A stretch of DNA of 64,000 nucleotides, taken from assembly GCA_903904515.1 (NCBI GenBank), contig CAIVCR010000060.1:30008-94007 (forward strand), given 5' to 3'. This document shows, one piece after another, positions 37,571-46,839 of this stretch. The notes under the pieces were generated by a model. The model had not been told where the DNA came from. It saw only the letters and a list, made by a program, of their open reading frames with translations, and ran no database searches. Positions within the stretch are counted from its first letter, which is position 1. Each line of letters opens with the position of its first letter. This stretch comes from an uncultured Bacteroidia bacterium (GTDB lineage: Bacteria > Bacteroidota > Bacteroidia > Bacteroidales > Prolixibacteraceae). A program made the translations under genes and the position numbers.

Positions 37571-40500
37571 TATGGAGTAACTTTCCCGTTTGAATTAACC
37601 CCCGATGCACCTCCAATTCTTCCATACTGATCGACATAATCATTGTCGGTGGTGATTTTGCCGTATCTGTTTACCTTCGGGATGTTAAACACGGCCAGAC
37701 TTAAAGTCGTCGAAGTTAATCCCGCGCTGTTACCCGTGCCGATGGTATAGGTGGTTGCAGAACTGCGCACGGTGGGGGTTCCGCTGATACTGCCTGTTGT
37801 GGAACTCATCGTTAATCCGGCAGGTAAGGGCGGAGTGATGGAGTATGGGACCGACGGAATTTTTCGGATCAGGTTATTCGCCTGATCGGCGATGAAGAGA
37901 TTGCCCGTAGCATCGAACGCCATACCCGCCGGGGCGGAGAACCTCGCGGCGGTTCCGGTCCCTTCGGCATGACCGGCTGTGATACTCCCGGCAACGGTGG
38001 TAACCTCTGCTGTTGAGAGGACAATTTTCCGGATTGTATGATTCCCCCAATCACTGACATATAAATTGCCCTTACCATCCATTGCCAATCCCGAGGGGCC
38101 GTTAAATGTGGCTGCGGCACCCGTTCCGTCGGCATGACCTGCGGAAGTGCTATCTATCCCTGCAAATGTTGAAACCACTCCCAGCGGGGTGATCTTGCGA
38201 ATCGCATTGTTTTTTTTATCAGCTACATACACATTCCCGTTTCCATCAACGGCTATTCCGGCAGGACTATTGAACTTAGTCAGTGTGGCCCCGTTAACAA
38301 TTCCCGAGGCAGCACCGTTACTGCCTCCCCCTGCAAGGGTTGTGACTGTACCTCCGGGGGTTATTTTTCTGATCAGGTTATTCTTCTGATCAGCGACATA
38401 AACAGTTCCGATGCTGTCAACAGCCAGGGCTGATGGGCCGTTAAATTTTGCTAAAGCTGCACCGCTGGTAAATCCGGAATAGCCTGTACCGGCAAATGTG
38501 GAAACAAGGGCAGTTGAGAGTGTAATTTTCCGGATCATGTTATTCCCGGCATCGGCTACATACAGGTTTCCCAGGCCATCAAGCGCTACTCCCGAAGGCT
38601 GGCTAAAAGTGGCTGCTATACCTGTGCCGTTTGCGGAGCCTACAGATCCCGAACCTGCCAGTGTGATCACCTCGCCTGCCGCGTTAATTTTGCGGATCAG
38701 GTTATTCGACTGATCGGCCACATAGGTATTTCCTGATCCATCCACCGCCACACCGCCCGGAGCTGCAAATGTGGCTGACTGACCAGTTGCATTTGCATTT
38801 CCCGATGTTACACCCCCAACAGAACCACCTCCAGCGAGGGTAACAGAACTTCCGAAGGCTGCGAATGTAGGAGTACCACCGGTATTTGTGGGTGAAAGTG
38901 GTGTAATTAAGCTGTTTGTCGGATAGATTTTAGGGGTGGTGTAAGTTATTGCAGGGATAGTTACCGACCGGGTTGCTATATTTACCGTAGTGGTTCCGGT
39001 TCCGGTACCGTTTCCGAAACTTATGGTATATGTTGTTGCCGCGCTGGCCTCTTTGGGTGTACCATAAATGACCCCGGTTGTTTCGTTAAGCGCTAACCCT
39101 GCAGGTAGAGCAGGAGTGATGGTATAGGCGACCATCCTGCGGATCAGGTTATTCGTATTGTCTGTTATAATCAGATTGCCCAAAGCATCCGATGAGATCC
39201 CTGTTGGACTGCTGAATGTCGCTGCTGTTCCTCTTCCGTCGGCATGGCCTGATGTTGTAGTGCCTGCAAAGGTGGTAACTGCACCCGAGGAGGTGATAAT
39301 CTTACGGATCAGGTTATTTCCCTGGTCGGTGACATACACATTGCCAAATGGATCTGTGGCAACTCCTGCAGGGGAATTAAAAGTAGCAGCTGTTCCGGTA
39401 CCGTCGGTTGCGGTTCCTGCTCCGCCACCTGCCAATGTAGTTACTACATATCCCACAATTTTGCGGATCAGGTTATTTGTTTTATCCGCTACATATAAAT
39501 TTCCATCGCCATCTGCACATATTCCGGTAGGGTTACTGAACCGGACTGTTGCTGAACTTCCGTTTACCAATCCTGCAATATTCGTAGCGCTACCGCTTAC
39601 AGGGGATACCTGACCGTTTGAAATAGTTATCCTGCGTATTTTGTTATTCCCGGCATCGGCGACATAAAGATATAAGCCATAGAGGGCGAGGCCTGTCGGT
39701 CCGGAAAACGTGACTGATCCCCCAACATTGTTATATCCTGCTACACCTGTTCCTAAAAATGTAGTGACCACACCCGTTGAGATCACTATTTTTCGGATCT
39801 TATTATTTCCGGTATCGGCCACATAGAGTATCCCGGCGCCATCCAGGGCTAACCCCTGAGGTGCATTAAATGAAGCCGCTGTGCCGGTGTCATCAGTTGA
39901 ACCCAAAGAACCTGTTCCGGCCAGCGTGGTTGCCACACCGAGCGGGGATATCCTGCGGATCAGATGATTCCCTTTATCGGCGACATAGGTCGTGCCTGAA
40001 CCATCTGTCACAGCTCCGACAGGGGCCGAAAAGGTGGCTGCAGTTCCGGCGTCGTTGTTAGCTCCAGCGGTTGTACCTCCCGCAGATCCACCGCCGGCGA
40101 GGGTGGAGACTACATCTAAAGATGGTAATCCTCCTAAGTTTGTTGGAGCAAGCGGAGTTATTGGCAAGTTCACAGGGTAGCTTTGAGGGGTGGTGTAGGA
40201 GATGGCCGGCGCTGCCAGTTCAACAGAAAGTGCGACGGTTGCCGTGGCGCTTCCGGCACTGTTGGAAGCAGAAATGGTATAGGTGGTTTGGGGACTTTTT
40301 GTACTGGGTGTGCCGCTGATCACCCCCGTGGAGGTGTTAAAGGTTAACCCTGCCGGTAACGCGGGGTAGATTGAATAAGGAGCCACAGGGATCTCCCGGA
40401 TCAGGTTATTTCCGGAATCAGCGATATATAAATTTCCTGCACCATCTGCTGCAATGCCTGCCGGGAGATTGAAGGATGCTAAATTGCCCGTTGCATTGGT

Positions 40501-41604
40501 TGACCCCGCTGAGGTACTGCCCAATCCCCCTGATATGGTGGTTGCGACTCCCGTAGCGGTTATCTTACGGATCAGGTTATTGGCGTAATCGGCCACATAA
40601 ATATTCCCTTTCTGATCTGTGGCCACCCCTGAAGGCACTCCAAATGCAGCTCCCGTTCCTGTTCCGTCGGCATAGGTGCCTACACCGTTTCCACCTGCCA
40701 GAAAGGAGACCAGCGCTGATGAGATCGTAATTTTCTGGATATAAGAGAGTGGTAACGTTCCCGCATTTGAAATATACAAATTGCCGCTTCCGTCAATCGC
40801 AATCCCGGAAGGATTGTTAAATGCAGCAGCTGATCCGGTAGCATCGCTCGTTGGAAGCGATACCGCCGCAGCACCTGTGGAAAGACCTGCTAAAGTACTT
40901 ACTACCCCGGCAGGGGTTATTTTACGGATTCGCTGATTACTTCTATCTGTGACATAGACATAACCATTCTGATCAACGGCAACACCCTGGGGCGCATTAA
41001 ATCTTGCAGTTCCATCCGGTCCGTCTGCAAACCCGGATGATAAACCGTTCCCACCTCCTGTAAACCGGCTTACAACACCTGCGGGGGTTATTTTACGGAT
41101 TAAGTTATTCCCTGGGTCTGCAACATAAATATTTCCGGTGGTGTCGACAGCAACACCTGTAGGATTGTAAAATGCAGCTGCTGTTCCTGTCCCGTTTGCA
41201 TAAGTCCTCACCCCTGAGCCGGCAAATGTGGTTACATCCCCGGTTGAAATTACCAGTTTGCGAATCAGGTTATTATTATAGTCTGCGACATATAAGTTTC
41301 CTTTACCATCCAGGGCTAAGCCGTAAGGTCTATTAAATGTTGCTGCAGTTCCGGTTCCGTCTGCTGCCCCGGATGCCGTGCCTCCGGGAGTGCTGCCACC
41401 TGCCAGGGTGAACGAATTGCCAAAACCGCCATTCACAGATGCTCCTCCGCTTATCGTTGGAGTTAACGGGGTTATCGTTGTATTGGTGGTATAGGCGGCG
41501 GGAGAGGTGTATTCAATTACCGGCGCACTCTGCCCAAAGGTAAATTGAACGGTTAATGTGCCTACGACTGCTAAAAGTACGCGTGTAAGGAGTGGTATTT
41601 TCAT
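37570..41604 (-). CDS. Giant secreted NHL-repeat protein A: 3 x (six-bladed NHL propeller plus He_PIG-type Ig module) plus conserved 34-aa tail
   Basis: Signal peptide MKIPLLTRVLLAVVGTLTVQFTFGQ. 18 blades with G.LYVAD..NNLIRKI. Three LPAGLT....G.ISGTP...TTYTI Ig modules. Confidence 0.85.
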   Translation of the reverse strand: MKIPLLTRVLLAVVGTLTVQFTFGQSAPVIEYTSPAAYTTNTTITPLTPTISGGASVNGGFGNSFTLAGGSTPGGTASGAADGTGTAATFNRPYGLALDGKGNLYVADYNNNLIRKLVISTGDVTTFAGSGVRTYANGTGTAAAFYNPTGVAVDTTGNIYVADPGNNLIRKITPAGVVSRFTGGGNGLSSGFADGPDGTARFNAPQGVAVDQNGYVYVTDRSNQRIRKITPAGVVSTLAGLSTGAAAVSLPTSDATGSAAAFNNPSGIAIDGSGNLYISNAGTLPLSYIQKITISSALVSFLAGGNGVGTYADGTGTGAAFGVPSGVATDQKGNIYVADYANNLIRKITATGVATTISGGLGSTSAGSTNATGNLASFNLPAGIAADGAGNLYIADSGNNLIREIPVAPYSIYPALPAGLTFNTSTGVISGTPSTKSPQTTYTISASNSAGSATATVALSVELAAPAISYTTPQSYPVNLPITPLAPTNLGGLPSLDVVSTLAGGGSAGGTTAGANNDAGTAATFSAPVGAVTDGSGTTYVADKGNHLIRRISPLGVATTLAGTGSLGSTDDTGTAASFNAPQGLALDGAGILYVADTGNNKIRKIVISTGVVTTFLGTGVAGYNNVGGSVTFSGPTGLALYGLYLYVADAGNNKIRRITISNGQVSPVSGSATNIAGLVNGSSATVRFSNPTGICADGDGNLYVADKTNNLIRKIVGYVVTTLAGGGAGTATDGTGTAATFNSPAGVATDPFGNVYVTDQGNNLIRKIITSSGAVTTFAGTTTSGHADGRGTAATFSSPTGISSDALGNLIITDNTNNLIRRMVAYTITPALPAGLALNETTGVIYGTPKEASAATTYTISFGNGTGTGTTTVNIATRSVTIPAITYTTPKIYPTNSLITPLSPTNTGGTPTFAAFGSSVTLAGGGSVGGVTSGNANATGQSATFAAPGGVAVDGSGNTYVADQSNNLIRKINAAGEVITLAGSGSVGSANGTGIAATFSQPSGVALDGLGNLYVADAGNNMIRKITLSTALVSTFAGTGYSGFTSGAALAKFNGPSALAVDSIGTVYVADQKNNLIRKITPGGTVTTLAGGGSNGAASGIVNGATLTKFNSPAGIAVDGNGNVYVADKKNNAIRKITPLGVVSTFAGIDSTSAGHADGTGAAATFNGPSGLAMDGKGNLYVSDWGNHTIRKIVLSTAEVTTVAGSITAGHAEGTGTAARFSAPAGMAFDATGNLFIADQANNLIRKIPSVPYSITPPLPAGLTMSSTTGSISGTPTVRSSATTYTIGTGNSAGLTSTTLSLAVFNIPKVNRYGKITTDNDYVDQYGRIGGASGVNSNGKVTP

Positions 41605-41777
41605 TTTCTATATGCCGGGTTTGCAGGACTCTTCGAGTGATTTATGTAAAATCTGCAAAACTAGGGAGTAATCGGCTGTTGGGGGAGGAAACGGGATCAA
41701 AGCTTGTGTAGTGTTATAAAACTACGCAAGGTTATAAGGGGTGATTTGTGGAGACAGGAATAGCGGCCAGTGAGATC
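41605..41777 (-). promoter_or_regulatory. Conserved upstream leader/promoter region of NHL-A (TAGTTTTG box at 41656-41663)
   Basis: About 173 nt with near-identity to 46840-47012. The minus strand carries TAGTTTTG (TAnnTTTG) about 50 nt before the ATG. Confidence 0.5.
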
Positions 41778-41842
41778 CATGCACCCTGCCGGGGTCAGGA
41801 TGGCTTCCGGTAAAATACTTGAATACTGCTGTTTTTTTTGAA

Positions 41843-43063
41843 TTAAGGGAGATCGTTTTTAGGATCGAAACCTCTTTTGAAATATTTGGAGGGGGTAAGC
41901 CCGGTTTCATTTTTAAAGGCCAGGATGAATGTATTTCGGTTTCGAAACCCCGCTTCACCGCAGAGGAATTCAAGCGTGTAGGCTTCGGATTCCTCCGTAT
42001 ATTTACTGATAAAATAGTTGATGCGATACTGGTTGATGTATTCGCGGAAGTTTTTTTTAAGCAGCTGGTTCACCAGGTAAGAGTAGTGATGAACCGGAAT
42101 CTTAAATTGTTCGGCTAACTGAATCATCGTTATTCCGGTAATCAGGAATGGTTTTTCATCCAACATTTGAGTGTGCAGCCGGTCCAGGTAATTTTTAATC
42201 TGATCGGGCGTAAGCAGCGGCCTCGCTTCGGCTAAATCTTCCATCACGATGGGGCTTGGCTGATCAGCGGCGCTTTCCGGTTTTTCCTTCAAAGAGCCCG
42301 CCGGCTCAAAACTAATATTCCCATACAATACCCTTGGATGTCTGATGAAAAAGAGAATAAACAGGTACATCATGATACTGCTGATCGTCATGATAACCTG
42401 GTTGGAGGTCATCAAGCTTAGTGTGCTCCCGTTTAGCTGACGGGAAATATTGATTGAGAATATAAACAGGTTTATGACGGTGAAAAAACTTAGAAACAGG
42501 ATTAGATAAAGCCGGTTGGTTGGCTCGCTCTGTCTCTTTTCCCCTTTTTCGGCTTTGATGAAGATCTGCCAGGCAAACCCCAGATAGATCAGGTAGATAA
42601 TTGAGCGGATCATAAATTGATGCCCCATCGTGATAAAAAGGGTGGCTGGGTGTCCGGCAAGATCGTTATTTAAGAGAATCTGATCGATCATCTCCCATTT
42701 AATTGTTTTTGCAGCCAACAGAACCGGGAGCATATTGATTAAAAAAAACAGCGCAGGAAGCAGATGGAGCAGATTAATGGGTGAGATTTTTGACTCATCC
42801 CTGATGAAGGCTCGAATGTATAAATAGGTAGCCGCAGGAGCCAGAAAGGTGAGGAGCGGGACCAGGGTGATTACCAATTCAAAACCAAGCGGATGACCCA
42901 GGGAGATAAATACACTGCTCAGATTCTGAACCCCTCTGGTTAGAAAAATAATCCCAATGAGCTTATTCAGCAGCGCATTTCCTTTGGTATAGGTAAAGAG
43001 ATGCCCCGCAAAAGCGATCAGGATAAAAGTACCGGCCAGCATTGAAACTTCGAAAAAATTCAT
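41843..43063 (-). CDS. Membrane-anchored AraC-family transcriptional regulator
   Basis: About 6-7 N-terminal TM helices, then a C-terminal AraC HTH (LAEQFKIPVHHYSYLVN...EAGFRNRNTFILAFKNETGLTPSKY). Confidence 0.8.
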   Translation of the reverse strand: MNFFEVSMLAGTFILIAFAGHLFTYTKGNALLNKLIGIIFLTRGVQNLSSVFISLGHPLGFELVITLVPLLTFLAPAATYLYIRAFIRDESKISPINLLHLLPALFFLINMLPVLLAAKTIKWEMIDQILLNNDLAGHPATLFITMGHQFMIRSIIYLIYLGFAWQIFIKAEKGEKRQSEPTNRLYLILFLSFFTVINLFIFSINISRQLNGSTLSLMTSNQVIMTISSIMMYLFILFFIRHPRVLYGNISFEPAGSLKEKPESAADQPSPIVMEDLAEARPLLTPDQIKNYLDRLHTQMLDEKPFLITGITMIQLAEQFKIPVHHYSYLVNQLLKKNFREYINQYRINYFISKYTEESEAYTLEFLCGEAGFRNRNTFILAFKNETGLTPSKYFKRGFDPKNDLP

Positions 43064-43248
43064 TTCTCCCTGAGCTAAATTAATCCCGTATTTTATATTA
43101 ATCAGATTATGAAATGCATAAACGGAATAAGTGTCTTTTCAAACTGCATATATTTAAGGTGGTTAATATACCGCTATACTTTAATAAATACAATACAGAA
43201 ATAAGGTTTTATGATTGTTTATACTAGTTACGGGTTTAAATTCAATTG

Positions 43249-43377
43249 TCGGGCAAGGCGGGTCGGGCGAATTTTATTCGCCCTTTGTTTAAACGGAATA
43301 ATAATACCGCGATTGCAAATCGCGGGACCCGATCGCGGGACCCGGGCGCGGCACCTGATCGCGGGACCCGGCACCGG
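43249..43377. repeat. R element copy R3 (terminator of NHL-B) with 4 x 13-bp minisatellite
   Basis: Same two hairpins (b at 43307-43325), followed by cgcgggacccgat/cgcgggacccggg/cgcggcacctgat/cgcgggacccggc. Ends at the NHL-B stop codon. Confidence 0.8.
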
Positions 43378-46300
43378 CTATGGAGTTATTTTTCCGTTTG
43401 AATTAACCCCCGAGGCTCCTCCAATTCTCCCGTACCGGTCGACCCGGTCGTTGCCCGTAGTGAGCTGTCCGTATCTGTTGACCGACGGCAATCCAGTGCG
43501 GAACACCGTTACGGTATAGGTTTTGGTCGTCGTCCCATCCTGAGCCATAACCACAGTGGTTATGGTATTGTTTCCCACATTTAGTGTAATTGAATCTGAT
43601 GCCGAGTCTGAGATTACCGAAGCGCCGTTAACCATGATGGTGGCGACCGAACCTGCATTAGCTGTGGGAGTTAAACTAAGGGCAATAGTTGCATTTGCTA
43701 CGGTCTGGGTATAGGAAATTGTCGTTGGATCAAAGCTCTGATCGAACGATCCTATCCCCGGTACCAGATTCGAGAGGGTGGCATCTGAGGATGGAATTAC
43801 CACGGCGAGGCTTAACGATGCAGTACTTGTTCCCCCGCTGTTTCCCGTTGTAATCGTGTAAGTTGTTTGAGCGCTTACGGCAGTTGGTGTACCCGTGATG
43901 GCTCCCGTGGTGATGTTCATGGTGAGCCCTGCCGGTAACTCGGGGGTGATCTTATAATTCCTGAAACCCGAAGGAATCTTCCGAATCAGGTTATTGTTAT
44001 AATCGGACACATATACATTACCTTTTTTGTCAACCGCCACATCGACAGGTTTATTAAACATTATTTCGGTTCCAACTCCCTCGGTACGTCCTGCAGTATT
44101 TCTGTAAGGGGTACCACCGCCCGCAAAAGTGGTAACGAACGTTGTGCGGATGTTTATTTTCCGGATCAGGTTATTGCCTGAATCTGCCACATAGAGATTC
44201 GTGCTGCTGCTATCCAGGGCCATGCCGTAAGGATTATTAAATGAGGCCAATAGCCCGGTCTCGTCCATATAACCTGCTGATGCCGTACCTGCCAGTGTGG
44301 TCACCACACCTCCGGGGATTGTAGCGGCCCTGATTTTGTGATTCCCATAATCTGACACATAGAGCTTCGCGTTGGAAATAGTATCGTACGCTAATCCCCA
44401 CGGGCTCCTAAACCTTGCATTTATACCAGTTCCATCTACGGCAGTTCCGGATGAAGTGCCAAGGAACCTTTGTGCCCACGAAGTGCCATTATTAACACTA
44501 ATTATTTGAGCCCCCCCGGTTGACGCGTACATCGTGTTGCTGGCACTGTTTATTCGGACAGCTTGCGGACTATTTAAGATAGCATAGCTGCCAGTGGCTG
44601 AGGTGAAAGTGTTTGAATTACTGCTTACGCCAGAGCCAAGAAAGTTAATAACATAGCTTAATGTGGCATCTGGAGCGAGGGATATCCATTTGATCTGGTG
44701 GTTATTTTTATCTGCCACATACAGCCTGGATCTGGTATTATCTATGTCGATACCCCAGGGGCCGTTGAATTTAGCCTCTGTTCCTGTTACGTTGTATATA
44801 TTGCCTGCTGCATTGCCTCCTACAGACCCGCCCCCTGCAAATGTTGTCACCACCCCTAAGGAGTCAATTTTCCGGATCAGGTTATTCCCGTAATCGGATA
44901 CGTACAAATTACCGCTCCAATCCAGAGCAAGTCCGGCCGGGTGATAAAATGTTGCAGCGACACCTGTTCCGTCGGCATGGCCATGAACTGTATCATTGGC
45001 TGCGCTGCCACCGGCGAGGGTGAATGAACTCATCGGGATGGTTTTTGAGGGGGTACCCCCGCTATTTACAGGGGCAAGCGTGGTTATGGCCCGGTTAACC
45101 ACAAAGCTGTTGGTTGGGGTGTAGCTGATCGCCGGAGGCATAATGGCGCGGGTTACCGTGATGGTGTAGGTTCTGGGTGTTGTGCCGTCCGCCGCCGTGA
45201 CTGCAATGGATATGGTATTGGTTCCCACATTCAGGTTCATGCTCCCCGTTGCCGATCCCGAAGTTACGGGTATGGCTGTTCCGCCATTGAGCGTTACGAT
45301 CGCGGTAGCACCCACATTATTTATCGTTGGGGTAAGGGTTATACTGCTTGCCGAATATAAAACATTCAGGGAATAGGCGGTTGTTGCCGAAGCAAATGTA
45401 GGACTCATGGTGCCGCTGCCTGCCACCAGATTTGAGAGCATGGGGTCAGCGTCAGAGGTCACCTGAATACTCACGGTTGTCTTATTGCCGCCTATACTAT
45501 TGGCTGCCAAAATGGTGTAGGTCGTGGTCGGACTTAGCGCTGTCGGGGTGCCGCTAATGTTACCGGTTGCCGAATCAAAGGTTAAACCGTTGGGCAGTAT
45601 GGGGCTGATGCTAAATGCAACAGGAATTAATTTCCGGATATAAGGCGTAGTGCCTGACTGCCCAATATCGGTATAAAACAGATATCCGTTGGTGTCGAAC
45701 ACCATTCCTTTCGGACCGGTAACGAAGGTTCCACCCGCCAGAATCGTGGTTGCCGCCCCGGTGGCAAGGTCAATCTGACGGATTGCAGAATTATTATAAT
45801 CAGCCACATAGAGGAATTCATCTCCAATAATGGCTAAACCAGTGGGTGCTTTAAATCTCGCGGCAATGCCTAGGTCGTTTACGAAGCCAGCTGTGACTCC
45901 CCAACCATTAATACCACCTGCTATTGTGGTCACTACCCCTGTTGAGAGGACGATCTTGCGGATCAGGTTATTCCCGGCATCAGCCACATAGAGGGAGGAG
46001 TTGCTGCGATTAATTGCCAGACCTCGCGGGCCGTTAAAGGTTGCTGTAGTGCCTGTTCCATCACTGTTCCCAGGGGTCGTCCCACCCGGTGAGCCCCCTC
46101 CGGCAACAGTGGTTACGACCCCTGTCGCGATAACTATTTTACGGATCAGATTATTTGTAAAATCAGAAACATAAAGATTCGTTCCCGCAGGGTCTATGGC
46201 CAGGCTATTCGGACCATTAAATGTGGCTCCCCTTCCTGTTCCGTCTGCAGCGCCTGCAGTGGTTCCGGTGGCGGAGCCGCCCCCTGCCAAAGTGGTTACT

Positions 46301-46839
46301 TCGGCTGTTGCTATAACAATTTTCCGGATCAGATTATTGCCAAAGTCTGCCACATAAAGATTCGTCCCTGATGGGTCTATCACGATTCCCTGAGGTAAAT
46401 TGAACGTTGAAGCTGTTCCTGTAGAGTCTTTAGAGCCTAAGACATTGGTTCCATTACCTCCTGCAAAGGTCGAAACAGCGGTTGATGCGATAACAATTTT
46501 TCGGATCAGATGATTTCCAGATTCGGCTACATAAAGATTGCCGTTGCTATCTGCGGCTATACTAAACGGGGACCTGAAGGATGCCTGAGACCCTAAAGCA
46601 TTGTTGGTATTTCCCGTGCCTCCAGTGCCGGCAACGGCAGCCGCATTGCCTCCCCCGACACCGCCAAAGATCGACGTTCCACCCGCATTGACCGGGGCAA
46701 GGGGCGTAATTGCGATATTTATCGGATAGCTTTTGGGTCCGCTGTAGGAGATTGACGGAGCTGTCTGCCCGAAAGTATATTGAACGGTTAATGTGCCAAC
46801 GACTGCTAAAAGTACGCGTGTGAGGAGTGGTATTTTCAT
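43378..46839 (-). CDS. Giant secreted NHL-repeat protein B: 2 x (six-bladed NHL propeller plus He_PIG Ig plus cadherin-like beta-sandwich) plus conserved tail
   Basis: Same signal peptide as protein A. 12 NHL blades. Two L(S)NLV.G.G...P.F...T..Y...V modules typical of the cadherin-like beta-sandwich. Start set to the ATG at 46839, because the 46893 TTG extension is not conserved in the paralog. Confidence 0.85.
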   Translation of the reverse strand: MKIPLLTRVLLAVVGTLTVQYTFGQTAPSISYSGPKSYPINIAITPLAPVNAGGTSIFGGVGGGNAAAVAGTGGTGNTNNALGSQASFRSPFSIAADSNGNLYVAESGNHLIRKIVIASTAVSTFAGGNGTNVLGSKDSTGTASTFNLPQGIVIDPSGTNLYVADFGNNLIRKIVIATAEVTTLAGGGSATGTTAGAADGTGRGATFNGPNSLAIDPAGTNLYVSDFTNNLIRKIVIATGVVTTVAGGGSPGGTTPGNSDGTGTTATFNGPRGLAINRSNSSLYVADAGNNLIRKIVLSTGVVTTIAGGINGWGVTAGFVNDLGIAARFKAPTGLAIIGDEFLYVADYNNSAIRQIDLATGAATTILAGGTFVTGPKGMVFDTNGYLFYTDIGQSGTTPYIRKLIPVAFSISPILPNGLTFDSATGNISGTPTALSPTTTYTILAANSIGGNKTTVSIQVTSDADPMLSNLVAGSGTMSPTFASATTAYSLNVLYSASSITLTPTINNVGATAIVTLNGGTAIPVTSGSATGSMNLNVGTNTISIAVTAADGTTPRTYTITVTRAIMPPAISYTPTNSFVVNRAITTLAPVNSGGTPSKTIPMSSFTLAGGSAANDTVHGHADGTGVAATFYHPAGLALDWSGNLYVSDYGNNLIRKIDSLGVVTTFAGGGSVGGNAAGNIYNVTGTEAKFNGPWGIDIDNTRSRLYVADKNNHQIKWISLAPDATLSYVINFLGSGVSSNSNTFTSATGSYAILNSPQAVRINSASNTMYASTGGAQIISVNNGTSWAQRFLGTSSGTAVDGTGINARFRSPWGLAYDTISNAKLYVSDYGNHKIRAATIPGGVVTTLAGTASAGYMDETGLLASFNNPYGMALDSSSTNLYVADSGNNLIRKINIRTTFVTTFAGGGTPYRNTAGRTEGVGTEIMFNKPVDVAVDKKGNVYVSDYNNNLIRKIPSGFRNYKITPELPAGLTMNITTGAITGTPTAVSAQTTYTITTGNSGGTSTASLSLAVVIPSSDATLSNLVPGIGSFDQSFDPTTISYTQTVANATIALSLTPTANAGSVATIMVNGASVISDSASDSITLNVGNNTITTVVMAQDGTTTKTYTVTVFRTGLPSVNRYGQLTTGNDRVDRYGRIGGASGVNSNGKITP

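Noticed and set aside
38147-40319. Many 60-150-aa antisense or alternate-frame ORFs inside the NHL genes. Examples are 38147-38389, 39158-39613 and 40071-40319, plus 44663-45376 in NHL-B.
   Set aside because: They are open by chance because of the GC-rich, Gly/Thr/Ala-biased repetitive coding sequence on the other strand. None has a signal, domain or independent conservation.
37570-46839. The NHL giants as a diversity-generating retroelement target, an Rhs/teneurin-type polymorphic toxin, or a phase-variable inverton.
   Set aside because: There is no reverse transcriptase or template repeat, no YD shell or C-terminal toxin/immunity pair, and no inverted repeats flanking the promoter. No tyrosine or serine recombinase lies nearby. 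Only the cassette-recombination idea survives, as a hypothesis.
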